Shown here: piece by piece, positions 19,886-29,700 of the stretch
How the letters are laid out: each line of letters opens with the position of its first letter
Numbering within the stretch: position 1 is the first letter of the stretch
Assembly (NCBI GenBank): GCA_963811165.1
Contig: CAWEQH010000004.1
Coordinates: 512,001 to 576,000, forward strand
Length of the DNA stretch: 64,000 nucleotides
DNA from: an uncultured Nitrospiraceae bacterium
GTDB taxonomy: Bacteria; Nitrospirota; Thermodesulfovibrionia; Thermodesulfovibrionales; UBA6898
Reading direction: 5' to 3'
Program-made: the position numbers and the translations under genes
Notes under the pieces: model-generated
Databases searched by the model: none
Told to the model about the DNA's origin: nothing
The model's input: only the letters and a program-made list of their open reading frames with translations

Positions 19886-20948
19886 TTGCTGTTTTTAGCG
19901 CCTCGATGAACCTTCTGTTTTCCTCCGGAAGGCCGATAGTCACCCTGAGTGCGTTCGGTCCCATCGGTCTTACGATGACGCCCATTTTCAGAAGTTTTTC
20001 GTAAAGGGCGACGGCCCCCTTGACAGGCATGTATACAAAGTTCGCCTCCGTAGGGACAAAAGAAATTCCGAGCACACCCAGCTCGCGGGAGAGGTACGCC
20101 TTCCCGTCCTCGTTTACCTGGCGTGAGCGGCTGACATGTGCCTTATCCGTAAGGGCGGCGATCCCCGCCTTTTGAGCTATCGTGCTTGTATTGAAAGGGG
20201 CCCTCAGCCTGTTCATGTCGGTCAGGATCTCTTTCCTGGCGATACCGTAGCCAAGCCTGAGTCCGGCAAGACCGTATATCTTCGAAAAGGTCCTCAGTAT
20301 GAGGATGTTCTTTTCGGACCTGAGGTATTTCATGCTGTCCGCATAATCAGGGTCGGCGACGTACTCATAGTAGGCCTCGTCCATGACGACAAGGACATCA
20401 TCCGGCACCTTCCTCATCATCATCTCGAATTCGTCTTTCTTGTTGATGGTCCCGGTCGGGTTGTTCGGGTTGGCGATGAAGATCATCTTCGTAAGAGGGG
20501 TAATGGCGTCTGCCATCGCAGAGAGATCGTGGGTGTAATTAGTGAGAGGGACCTGGACAGATTTTCCGCCTACCGACTGGACGGCCATGAAATATACGAC
20601 GAAAGAAGGCGTTGCCATGACCGCCTCGTCGCCGTCTTTCATGAACGTCTTTGCGGCGAGGTCGAGGAGTTCATTCGAGCCGTTGCCGAGGATTATCTCT
20701 TCATCGCTGACCCCCAGCTCTTTCGAAAGGGCACTCTTAAGATAGAACCCCGAGCCGTCGGGGTAACGGTTGATGTCGGCAAAGCCTTCGCCGATCGCCT
20801 TTAGCGCGGCAGGGGAAGGACCCACCGGGTTTTCGTTAGAAGCGAGCTTGATCGAGTTTGATATGCCGAGTTCCCGCTCGAGTTCCTCGATAGGTTTGCC
20901 GGGAACGTAGGGCTGGATTCCCAGGACGTATTCGGGCGGCCGGATCAT
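19875..20948 (-). CDS. hisC: Histidinol-phosphate (aromatic) aminotransferase
   Basis: YVPGKP, KLASNENP, NPNNPTG, DEAY, RTFSKIYGLAGLRLGY; start MIRPP at 20948. Confidence 0.95.
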   Translation of the reverse strand: MIRPPEYVLGIQPYVPGKPIEELERELGISNSIKLASNENPVGPSPAALKAIGEGFADINRYPDGSGFYLKSALSKELGVSDEEIILGNGSNELLDLAAKTFMKDGDEAVMATPSFVVYFMAVQSVGGKSVQVPLTNYTHDLSAMADAITPLTKMIFIANPNNPTGTINKKDEFEMMMRKVPDDVLVVMDEAYYEYVADPDYADSMKYLRSEKNILILRTFSKIYGLAGLRLGYGIARKEILTDMNRLRAPFNTSTIAQKAGIAALTDKAHVSRSRQVNEDGKAYLSRELGVLGISFVPTEANFVYMPVKGAVALYEKLLKMGVIVRPMGPNALRVTIGLPEENRRFIEALKTAISV

Positions 20949-22018
20949 TGCATATTCCCCTGCGGGTAGGAGCCGAGGACCTTGAGATACAGGCAATTGT
21001 CCGTCAACCCGTCGATGGCTTTTTTTATCTTCTTGTCTTCCACGTGGCCCTCCATGTCAACGAAAAATATATACTCCCACGCCTTCCGCTTTGACGGCCT
21101 GGACTCGATCTTGGTGAGATTGATCTTCGCCCGCTTAAAAGGCAATAAGACGTCGTAGAGGGACCCGGGCTTGTGTTTGATTGAAAACATAATGGATGTC
21201 TTGTCGTTGCCGGTCCTGTGGGGGAATTCCTTTGAGATGACCAGGAACCGCGTGATATTGCGGCGGCTGTCCTGGATGTCCCGTTCAATTATGTTGAGGT
21301 CATACATGCGCGCGGCGATCTCGCTGGCTATAGCGGCCGACGCCGGGTCTTTGGAGGCCAGTTCTGCAGCCTTCGCCGTGCTGGTGGATTCGGCGATCGG
21401 GACACCCGGCATGTTCGCCTCGAGCCAGCCCCTGCATTGTGCCAGTCCCTGCGGATGCGAATATACCTTTTTTATCTTCGAACGGTTGGTCTGCTTCGAA
21501 AGCAGATTGTGGGACACCTCGATGATGATCTCTGCGACGACCTGCAGATCGGAATCCATGAACATGTCAAGCGTATGGCTTACGACGCCTTCGTTTGAGT
21601 TCTCGATAGGTACGACGCCGTACTCCGCCTTTCGGGACTCGACGTTTTCGAATACCTTCTTTATGCTGTCTACGGGCACAAAGGCGGCGGACGAACCGAA
21701 GTGGCGCAGGGCCGCCAGGTGAGTGAAGGTGCCCAGAGGTCCGAGGCAGGACACTTTGAGTGGTTCCTCAAGCGCAAGCGAGGCAGCGAGTATCTCCCGG
21801 TAAATTGCCTTTAACGCGTCATTGGGGAAAGGGCCCTTGTTATTGTTTGCGAGCCTCTGAAGTATCTGGCGTTCGCGGTCGGGTTTATAGAAGGTGGATT
21901 TCTGATGTCGCTTGATCCTGCCGACATCAACCACGAACTCGGCGCGCCTGTTGAGGAGCTTGATTATCTCATCGTCGGTCTTGTCGATACTGCTTCTGAG
22001 TTTTTTGAGTTCTTTCAT
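20945..22018 (-). CDS. pheA: Chorismate mutase / prephenate dehydratase (P-protein)
   Basis: N-terminal CM domain (LRSSIDKTD), PIENS, SHPQ, NITRF, LTKIESRP. Confidence 0.96.
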   Translation of the reverse strand: MKELKKLRSSIDKTDDEIIKLLNRRAEFVVDVGRIKRHQKSTFYKPDRERQILQRLANNNKGPFPNDALKAIYREILAASLALEEPLKVSCLGPLGTFTHLAALRHFGSSAAFVPVDSIKKVFENVESRKAEYGVVPIENSNEGVVSHTLDMFMDSDLQVVAEIIIEVSHNLLSKQTNRSKIKKVYSHPQGLAQCRGWLEANMPGVPIAESTSTAKAAELASKDPASAAIASEIAARMYDLNIIERDIQDSRRNITRFLVISKEFPHRTGNDKTSIMFSIKHKPGSLYDVLLPFKRAKINLTKIESRPSKRKAWEYIFFVDMEGHVEDKKIKKAIDGLTDNCLYLKVLGSYPQGNMQ

Positions 22019-22233
22019 ATGCAATTGTTATTGAGCACCATGCGAAAAAAGGCAAGCTCTCAGTCGGAAAATAATAATAATTCATTTTTTCTTATTTTTT
22101 CAAGAGGTTGGAGGGTACAGGCGTGATGAAAGGGAAAGAGTCGCACGGGGGCCCTTTTTTCGGCATACTCTCAATGGGAAATCCCTAGTCGGACCTCTTT
22201 AGCTTTAGGGGCCAATAATGGTATATTTTCCAA

Positions 22234-23472
22234 ATGGACAAAATGCGGCCCGACAGGGAACCGTTTCATTACGGATGGATAATTGCAGGCACCGGAACGC
22301 TTTGTATCATGGCATGTCTGGGTTTCGGCCGTTTCGCATTAGGCATGCTTCTTCCCTCGATGGCCACGACACTCCGCCTTAGCTACTCGCAGATGGGCTT
22401 TATCAGTACAGTAAATTTCCTGGGCTACCTGGTGGCGGTATTGGCCAGCGGTTTCTGGGTTGCCAGGATAGGATCGCGAAGATTGATTTTTATCTCGCTG
22501 CTTGTCGTCGGCGTCTCGATGTCCCTTATCAGTCAGGCAAAGAGTTTCCCTTACGTGCTCGTTCTCTACGGGCTCACGGGGCTTGGAAGCGGCGCTACGA
22601 ATGTGCCGGTGATGGGGCTGGTTTCCCCATGGTTCTCCCGAACCAAAAGGGGGAGGGCGGCGGGATTTATCGTGATCGGCAGCGGATTTGCCATCATCAT
22701 CTCCGGTAAACTCATCCCCTTCATTAACAAGCTCTCCGGAGCTGAAGGATGGAGGGTGAGCTGGCTTGTACTAGGCGGCGCCGTCATCCTCATCGCGTTC
22801 TTAAGTTATCTGCTGCTCAGAGACAGGCCCGAAGAAAAGGGGCTGAAGCCGCTTGGGGGAGAAAGCACTGCTTCTCCGTCTACGGTCGCCCAAAGGGGGA
22901 AACAGAATATCTATGCCAGCGGAATTATGTATTATCTGGGGACGATATACTTCCTCTTCGGATATACCTACGTGATATATGCGACCTTTATCGTAACCTC
23001 CCTGGTAAAGGAGAGGGGGTTTTCAGAATCCGTTGCAGGAGATTTCTGGGCCTGGGTGGGGTTTCTGAGCCTTTTTTCCGGCCCTGTATTCGGGACGCTC
23101 TCGGACCGACTGAGCAGAAAGGCGGGACTGATCATCGTGTTTTCACTTCAGATGCTTTCATATCTCCTTGCGGCGTCGGGGCTGCCCGGGGTCTTTCTGT
23201 ATCTGTCGATTGGCTTTTACGGCATTGTCGCCTGGAGCATTCCCTCTATTATGGCTGCGGCGGTCGGCGATTATGTGGGGGCGCGGAAGGCGGCCTCCGC
23301 ATTTGGTCTGGTCACCTTCATCTTCGGTTTCGGCCAGATTTCGGGGCCCGCGGTAGCCGGGTTGCTGGCCGAAAAGACCGGGAGTTTTTCGAGCAGTTTT
23401 TATATGGCCGCATTCTTTGCGGGCGTGGCCATCCTCTTTACCGCCTTCCTGAAAAAACCGAAAGCCGCTTAA
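22234..23472 (+). CDS. MFS transporter (YbfB/YjiJ-like)
   Basis: About 12 TM segments, GFGRFA, NFLGYLV, GTLSDRLSRK motif. Confidence 0.9.
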   Translation: MDKMRPDREPFHYGWIIAGTGTLCIMACLGFGRFALGMLLPSMATTLRLSYSQMGFISTVNFLGYLVAVLASGFWVARIGSRRLIFISLLVVGVSMSLISQAKSFPYVLVLYGLTGLGSGATNVPVMGLVSPWFSRTKRGRAAGFIVIGSGFAIIISGKLIPFINKLSGAEGWRVSWLVLGGAVILIAFLSYLLLRDRPEEKGLKPLGGESTASPSTVAQRGKQNIYASGIMYYLGTIYFLFGYTYVIYATFIVTSLVKERGFSESVAGDFWAWVGFLSLFSGPVFGTLSDRLSRKAGLIIVFSLQMLSYLLAASGLPGVFLYLSIGFYGIVAWSIPSIMAAAVGDYVGARKAASAFGLVTFIFGFGQISGPAVAGLLAEKTGSFSSSFYMAAFFAGVAILFTAFLKKPKAA

Positions 23473-23699
23473 AGGGACGGCGCCGATCGTGCAAAGGTCT
23501 GGGAAATCAGCCCTAGTTGTCACTATATTTGACCTCACAGAAAATGTCTGATAGAGCCGCGTGCGACTTGCACCGACAACATCACACCGACACTATATCT
23601 CAGAGCGTGACAATTACCGATCACAACCTGCATTTTTCTGAAGAAGATGAATTACAGAGTACATGGCTCTATCACAGCGTTACGCCGCTCATGGCACAA

Positions 23700-24260
23700 T
23701 TACTCAATAATCAGAGAACCGACTGACTCAGCCTGCCCGCCGCGTACTGGCCAAACGTTGAAGAGGCCCGCCTTACTGCCGTAATACGGTGTGCCATCCC
23801 CTGTATCGACGACCCACGCGTTGATCGCATCGTTCGCCTTCGTAGTAGACGTCCAGTTGCCGTACGACTGCACACTGATGAAGACATTCCCCTCCGTCCA
23901 CTTCGCCGTGCCTGCGTCGTTCGTCAACGACGGATAAGTGAAGCCGTATCTGTTAGCCTGGGTGACCATCGCCATCAACTCGACCTTAGTAGGCAGCCGC
24001 CAGTCCCCTTCACGTGAATTATCATATAAGTCGCACTCTTGGGGGGCAAGGCCCTTAACCCATGCCATGGCGTCATGCCAACTAAGATATGGCATGCAGT
24101 GTGCATTCTGGAGCCATATCAGGCCTGTCCTGCAATCGGTAACCGTTCCATCGGCATTGTTCACATACCTCACACTGTTGCATTCATCAGCATAGGCCCA
24201 AGTCCCGAACAACACCAAAACTAACGACAATACTATGATCCTTCCAACCTTCATACTCAT
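23700..24260 (-). CDS. Secreted DUF1566 (Lcl C-terminal, CLec-like) domain protein
   Basis: Signal peptide; NADGTVTDCRTGLIW, W.DA, DWRLPTKVEL, WTST, AW.V, VWPVRGG; GGAGG RBS before 24260. Confidence 0.9.
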   Translation of the reverse strand: MSMKVGRIIVLSLVLVLFGTWAYADECNSVRYVNNADGTVTDCRTGLIWLQNAHCMPYLSWHDAMAWVKGLAPQECDLYDNSREGDWRLPTKVELMAMVTQANRYGFTYPSLTNDAGTAKWTEGNVFISVQSYGNWTSTTKANDAINAWVVDTGDGTPYYGSKAGLFNVWPVRGGQAESVGSLIIE

Positions 24261-24586
24261 CCCTCCCTCTGTCTGAAAAATTGGCCTTAAACCACGGCAG
24301 CGGTAACTTCGCAGATGGAAAGTGCTGATTGAGCAAACGACGTGCTTGAAATTTTGTTTTATCTCCTCCCCAGGTAGTTGCCGCAGTCTAGCAACAAACC
24401 AGTACAAAATACAATAAAAAAATCTTCCGATTCATTATTATTTCAATAAGTTTTGGCTGCGGTGCGGCATTTTTGAACATCCGATTGTTTCCGCTGGAAT
24501 ACCTCACCTCTGGCAAGAAATTGACAGTTTCGAGTACAGGAAGAAGTCGAAAAGTTTATTGAGCCTCAGCTAAACAGGCTCGCCTT

Positions 24587-25171
24587 TTATGTTTTGTCCT
24601 TGCCAAGTATACGCTCAATCCGGCGATCAGGGACCAGCCACATCAGCGCGACGAACACATAGATACTGCCCGCAATCCAAGGCTCATAAAATGCCGCCAG
24701 GATTGCAGTCCCATAGAGGACAGGTGACAGCTTTCCTTTGAGGTCACGACCGACCGCCTTCGCCAGTAGCGAGTCGTCGCCTTGGCTCGAAATAATGGTG
24801 TGCTGCAATACGAAATATGCAACTGCCGCCATAAGCAGAACGAAACCATAAAGCGCCATCGTTGCGGGAGCAAAATGATTCTCCCCCATCCAGCCTGTGA
24901 CGAACGGAAAAAGCGACAGCCAGAAGAGGAGGTGCAGGTTTGCCCACAAAACAGCCCCGGTCACATGTTGTGTGGTGTGCAACATGTGATGGTGATTGTT
25001 CCAGTAGATGGCCAGGTATACGAAGCTCAGCACGTAGCTCAGAAACACGGGCAGAAGCGGATTCAAAGCGGCAAAGTCAGCACCGTGCGGCACCTTCATT
25101 TCCAGTACCATGATGGTTATGATTATGGCGAGAACGCCGTCACTGAATGCTTCTAGTCTGTTTTTCCCCAT
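24587..25171 (-). CDS. TMEM175 family potassium channel (DUF1211)
   Basis: RLEAFSDGVLAIIITIMVLE, YWNNHHH, LFWLSLFPF. Confidence 0.93.
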   Translation of the reverse strand: MGKNRLEAFSDGVLAIIITIMVLEMKVPHGADFAALNPLLPVFLSYVLSFVYLAIYWNNHHHMLHTTQHVTGAVLWANLHLLFWLSLFPFVTGWMGENHFAPATMALYGFVLLMAAVAYFVLQHTIISSQGDDSLLAKAVGRDLKGKLSPVLYGTAILAAFYEPWIAGSIYVFVALMWLVPDRRIERILGKDKT

Positions 25172-25409
25172 AACCCTTTATCCGACCTTCCATCTTCCTT
25201 TCAATACCCTTAACATGGAATCGCCTGGTTGTCCAGCGGTGTTTGGCCGAGGTTTCAAATAAGGATAAGGGGAGCTCTCTGGGCAAAGGTCACAAACGAT
25301 TTACGTTGCAAATCCTGACTCCGCCAAAGCACATCAGAACGCTGTATTTCAGGAAGTAGTCGAAATTGGAACATGCTGTGTCAGGATGGTGAAGTCCTAC
25401 CTTTACAAC

Positions 25410-26438
25410 TCAGGCGTATTCAGCCAGGTCCCTGACGAGCCGCTCCGAATCTTCCCATCCCAGACAGGGGTCGGTGATCGACTTTCCGTACACGTTTTCA
25501 GAAATCTTTTGGGAGCCTTCGACGAGATAGCTTTCGATCATAAGGCCCTTTACCTTGTTCCTGAGAGTCTTGGAATGCTGCCGGCTCCTCATTACTTCTT
25601 TGGCGATCCTGGGCTGCTCGAAAAAGCGTTTGTTCGAATTTGCGTGGTTGGTGTCGACTATGATCGCGGGGAAGAGGAGGTTTCGTTTCTTATATGCTTC
25701 CGCCAGCCTTTTAAGGTCTTCATAGTGATAATTGGGAATATTGTACCCGTAGTGGTTTACGGCGCCCCTTAATATGCAGTGGGTGAGCGGATTGCCTGAT
25801 GTCTTTACCTCCCAGCCGTTATAGACAAAGACATGCGGCAGTTGGGAGGCCTGTACCGAATTGAGCATTACTTCGAGGTCCCCGCTTGTGGGGTTCTTCA
25901 TCCCCGACGGCACATCGAGTCCGCTTATGGTGAGCCGGTGGAGCTGGCTTTCGACCGACCTTGCGCCGATCGCAACATAGCTGAGGATGTCGGCAAGATA
26001 CGGATAGTTTCCCGGATAGAGCATTTCGTCGGCCGCAGTGAGATGAGACTCCTTCATTGCGCGGATATGCATCCTTCTGATTGCCTTCAACCCGTTGACC
26101 ATGTTTGGGGCCTCGGAGGGTTTGGGCTGGTGGGCCATGCCTTTATACCCTTCGCCGGTAGTCCGGGGCTTGTTGGTATAGATGCGGGGAATAAGGAGCA
26201 GCTTCTCCTTTACCTCTTCCTGGAGTTTGGCGAGCCTCGACACGTATTCGCAGACAGGGTCTTCATCGTCGGCAGAGCACGGGCCGATTATGACGAGGAA
26301 CTTGTCGCTTTCCCTCTTGAAAACCGATATGATCTCCTTGTCCCTCTTCTCTTTGACCTTTCGCAAATCTTCCGGCAGGGAGATCTTCTCCAGGATTTCC
26401 TTTACGCTGGGAATTTCCCGCACATATTGAAAGCTCAT
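25410..26438 (-). CDS. DAHP synthase class I-alpha
   Basis: IGPCSA, KPRT, IGARS, GMKNPTSG, HCILRG, DTNHANS, YGKSITDPCLGW. Confidence 0.93.
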   Translation of the reverse strand: MSFQYVREIPSVKEILEKISLPEDLRKVKEKRDKEIISVFKRESDKFLVIIGPCSADDEDPVCEYVSRLAKLQEEVKEKLLLIPRIYTNKPRTTGEGYKGMAHQPKPSEAPNMVNGLKAIRRMHIRAMKESHLTAADEMLYPGNYPYLADILSYVAIGARSVESQLHRLTISGLDVPSGMKNPTSGDLEVMLNSVQASQLPHVFVYNGWEVKTSGNPLTHCILRGAVNHYGYNIPNYHYEDLKRLAEAYKKRNLLFPAIIVDTNHANSNKRFFEQPRIAKEVMRSRQHSKTLRNKVKGLMIESYLVEGSQKISENVYGKSITDPCLGWEDSERLVRDLAEYA

Positions 26439-26797
26439 ATTCTTTCCCTCGATTCTTTCAAGACTAAATTTACGACTTCATTTTAATATATTTTAAAAAC
26501 ATTCTGCTATCTATCTGAGGCATCCCGAAGGCTGCTGGAGATTCTCCCATTATGTTTTTTCTTGACAGAAAGTAAAAAGCGGAGTAAAATTGTCCTGTAT
26601 ATGTTTTTGGGTGATCTGACCTCGTGAAAACCATTAAAAAAACTTAATTTGACATTGGGGGATCTATTTTATAAGCTAAATCATTGAAAAAGTATTTCAA
26701 TTGCTCAGCCCGCTTCAAAGAAGATTCAAACAATAGATTTCGTAGTGGGGTTCCTGAAATTTCAGGAAGGAATATTAACTTTAAACAGGGAGGAAAA

Positions 26798-29700
26798 ATG
26801 AGGAGAAAAGTTCTCGTCACTTTACTTGTCACGGCTCTTATGGTTATGGGAGTCATGGGCATCACTAACGCATTAACGGCAACCGATGGGGCTGCCTTAT
26901 ATTCAACTGACTGTCAAATGTGTCACGGACCTTTGGGATCGTCTGCAGTCGCAGGAAGGAGCGCTGCTCAGATATCGGCTGCGATTGCGAATCCAGCTTT
27001 TCCGATGGCTGGTATGAGTACGCTTACGTCACTTACGGCTGATCAGGTTGCAGCTATCGCTGCTGCACTTGCACCTGCTCCAGCACCGACACCAGCACCG
27101 ACACCAGCACCGACACCAGCACCGACACCAGCACCGACACCAGCACCGACACCAGCACCGACACCAGCACCGACACCAGCACCGACACCAGCACCGACAC
27201 CAGCACCGACACCAGCACCGACACCAGCACCGACACCAGCACCGACACCAGCACCGACACCAGCACCGACACCAGCACCGACGCCGGTACCGACGCCGGT
27301 ACCGACATCACTCGTGCCTATGCCGCGTCCGGTGGGTCAGGTTGAATATGATAATCCCGGATCTGTCTTTCCTTCTATGAGCGCGGACCCTTCCCATGCG
27401 ATCCCGATTGGAGTCGGAACGGTCGCTCTCGGCGGAGATACGCTCAGCGTACAGGTCGGTCTTAACAAATTTAGCGGTCCGGTGGATGTATATGTGGGCT
27501 ATCGTACTTCAGCCGCTCCCGATAAAATCTCTGTGATAAAATCGGACTATACCGTTCAGGAATTTAATGTTTCGGACATAGATAATGCCGTGTTCGATGG
27601 AGCACCTGTGCCGTCAGGGTTTGAGGCATGGAAAACGGGGGTCACCGGACCGGTCAACGAAATCGTGTTGAACAGTCTGTCCATCACGGATATTGCAGCT
27701 GGTCAATACTCAGCTTATGTCTTGGTTACACCTGCAGGCGACTTCTCCCACTATTATCTATGGCAGACCGATTTTGCATCACCCCAGCATACAGAAGCTG
27801 CTCTTCCGCTGACTGCGCAGCCGCCGGTTGGTGAGCTGACATTCGGGTATTCTGCTCAGGCTTTCCCCGCGATAAATCCTGATCCTTCGCTTGCCGCGCC
27901 GATAAGTATCGGTCCGGCGGCATTGGGTGGGGACACGGTGAGCCTCCAGGTAAGCCTTGGTAAATTTGTCAGCCCGGTTGATATCTATGTGGCCTATGGA
28001 GTAGCGGCCGCACCTGACAAAATCTATCTCATGAAGTCGGATTACACTATCCAGGCGTTTTCTCTTAATGAGATATCCAATGCTATCTATCACGCAGGAC
28101 CAATGCCTAACGGGTTTGCACCCTGGAAACAAAACGTAACAGGACCGATAAACGAGATACTCCTGAACAACGTGCCGGTATCGCAGATTCCCGCAGGGTC
28201 GTACGCGCTTTATCTTATGGCTACGCCGGCAGGCAACCTTAGCAACAATACTATCTGGAGCACGGAGTTAAACGGCACTGGTTCGGACGGTGCGACCCTT
28301 TACTCTCAGAACTGCGCCGGATGTCACGGACCCCTTGCCGGCTCTACAAAGGCCGGGAGAACGGTCTCACAGATACGGGCCGCTATGAGCGCAAACCTGG
28401 GAGGAGTAATGGGCAGCCTTAACGGGCTTTCCGATTTTCAGTTACAGATGATTTCGGACGCCCTCACTCTGCCGACGCCTCCGCCTATGCCTTTGTCGCT
28501 TAAGACCACCGACGCTGCGACGCTTTATAATCAGAACTGTGCGCTTTGTCACGGTCCAAGTGATACGGCTTTCCCGGCGGGAGTTGCACAGAGCCAGGTG
28601 CAGGCGGCTATGAATTCGGTCCGCCAGATGCAGGGGGTTGGGCTCCTTCTTACACCCGATCAGGTGTCGGCCGTTGTAAATAAGATTGGTTCTCCCTCTG
28701 TTACGCCTACGCCGACACCTACACCGGGACCGACGCCTACACCGCCTCCGACTATGAATGGTGCGGCACTCTATGCGACTAACTGTTCGGGTTGTCACGG
28801 AGCGCTTGCAATGTCGGCAAAGAAAGGCCGGACTGCGGCGCAGATATCGGGAGCGATCAGTTCGGTAGGTGCGATGAGCGGGCTTAGCCTGACATCGGCG
28901 CAGATATCGGCCATCGCGTCTGCATTGGCAGGAACGACACCTATGCCTACACCGACACCTACACCGGGACCGACGCCTCCTCCGACGACAAACGGGGCGA
29001 CCCTTTATGCAAACAACTGTTCCGGTTGTCACGGGGCGCTTGCAACTTCGTCCAAGCGTGGACGCACCGCGGCGCAGATCACAAGCGCCATTAGTAGTGT
29101 AGGCCAGATGAGCGGGCTTAGCCTGACATCGGCGCAGATATCGGCTATCGCGTCTGCATTGGCAGGAACGACACCTATGCCTACACCGACACCTACACCG
29201 GGACCGACGCCTCCTCCGACGACAAACGGGGCGACTCTTTATGCGAACAACTGTTCCGGTTGTCACGGGGCGCTTGCAACTTCGTCCAAGCGTGGACGCA
29301 CCGCGGCGCAGATCACAAGCGCCATTAGTAGTGTAAGCCAGATGAGAGGGATTAGCCTGACATCGGCGCAGATATCGGCTATCGCTTCAGCGCTTAGTGG
29401 AACGACACCTACTCCTACACCGACACCTACACCTGGACCGACGCCTCCTCCGACGACAGACGGGGCGACCCTTTATGCGAACAACTGTTCCGGTTGTCAC
29501 GGAGCGCTTGCAACTTCGTCCAAACGTGGACGCACCGCGGCGCAGATCACAAGCGCCATTAGTAGTGTAAGCCAGATGAGAGGGATTAGCCTGACATCGG
29601 CGCAGATATCGGCTATCGCGTCTGCATTGGCAGGAACGACACCGACGCCTACACCTACACCTGGACCGACGAGCGGGGCCACTCTCTATGCGACCTACTG

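Noticed and set aside
12284..22126. Long plus-strand ORFs such as 12284-13591 and 16279-17361
   Set aside because: Antisense shadows of well-supported housekeeping genes
23470..24590. Complete DGR locus
   Set aside because: No reverse transcriptase, Avd-like gene or AAC-rich template repeat seen in the window; only a target-like gene is reported
26490..26797. GEMM riboswitch upstream of the PgcA-like gene, as in Geobacter
   Set aside because: Looked for AAACC...GGACG.AAAG...GCCGAA and did not find it; the region is AT-rich and promoter-like
27080..27307. Possible CRISPR array, or the HQHR / VSVL repeat ORFs (27048-27380, 27054-27311)
   Set aside because: Contiguous 12-bp units with no spacers, in frame within the cytochrome; alternative-frame ORFs are by-products of the repeat
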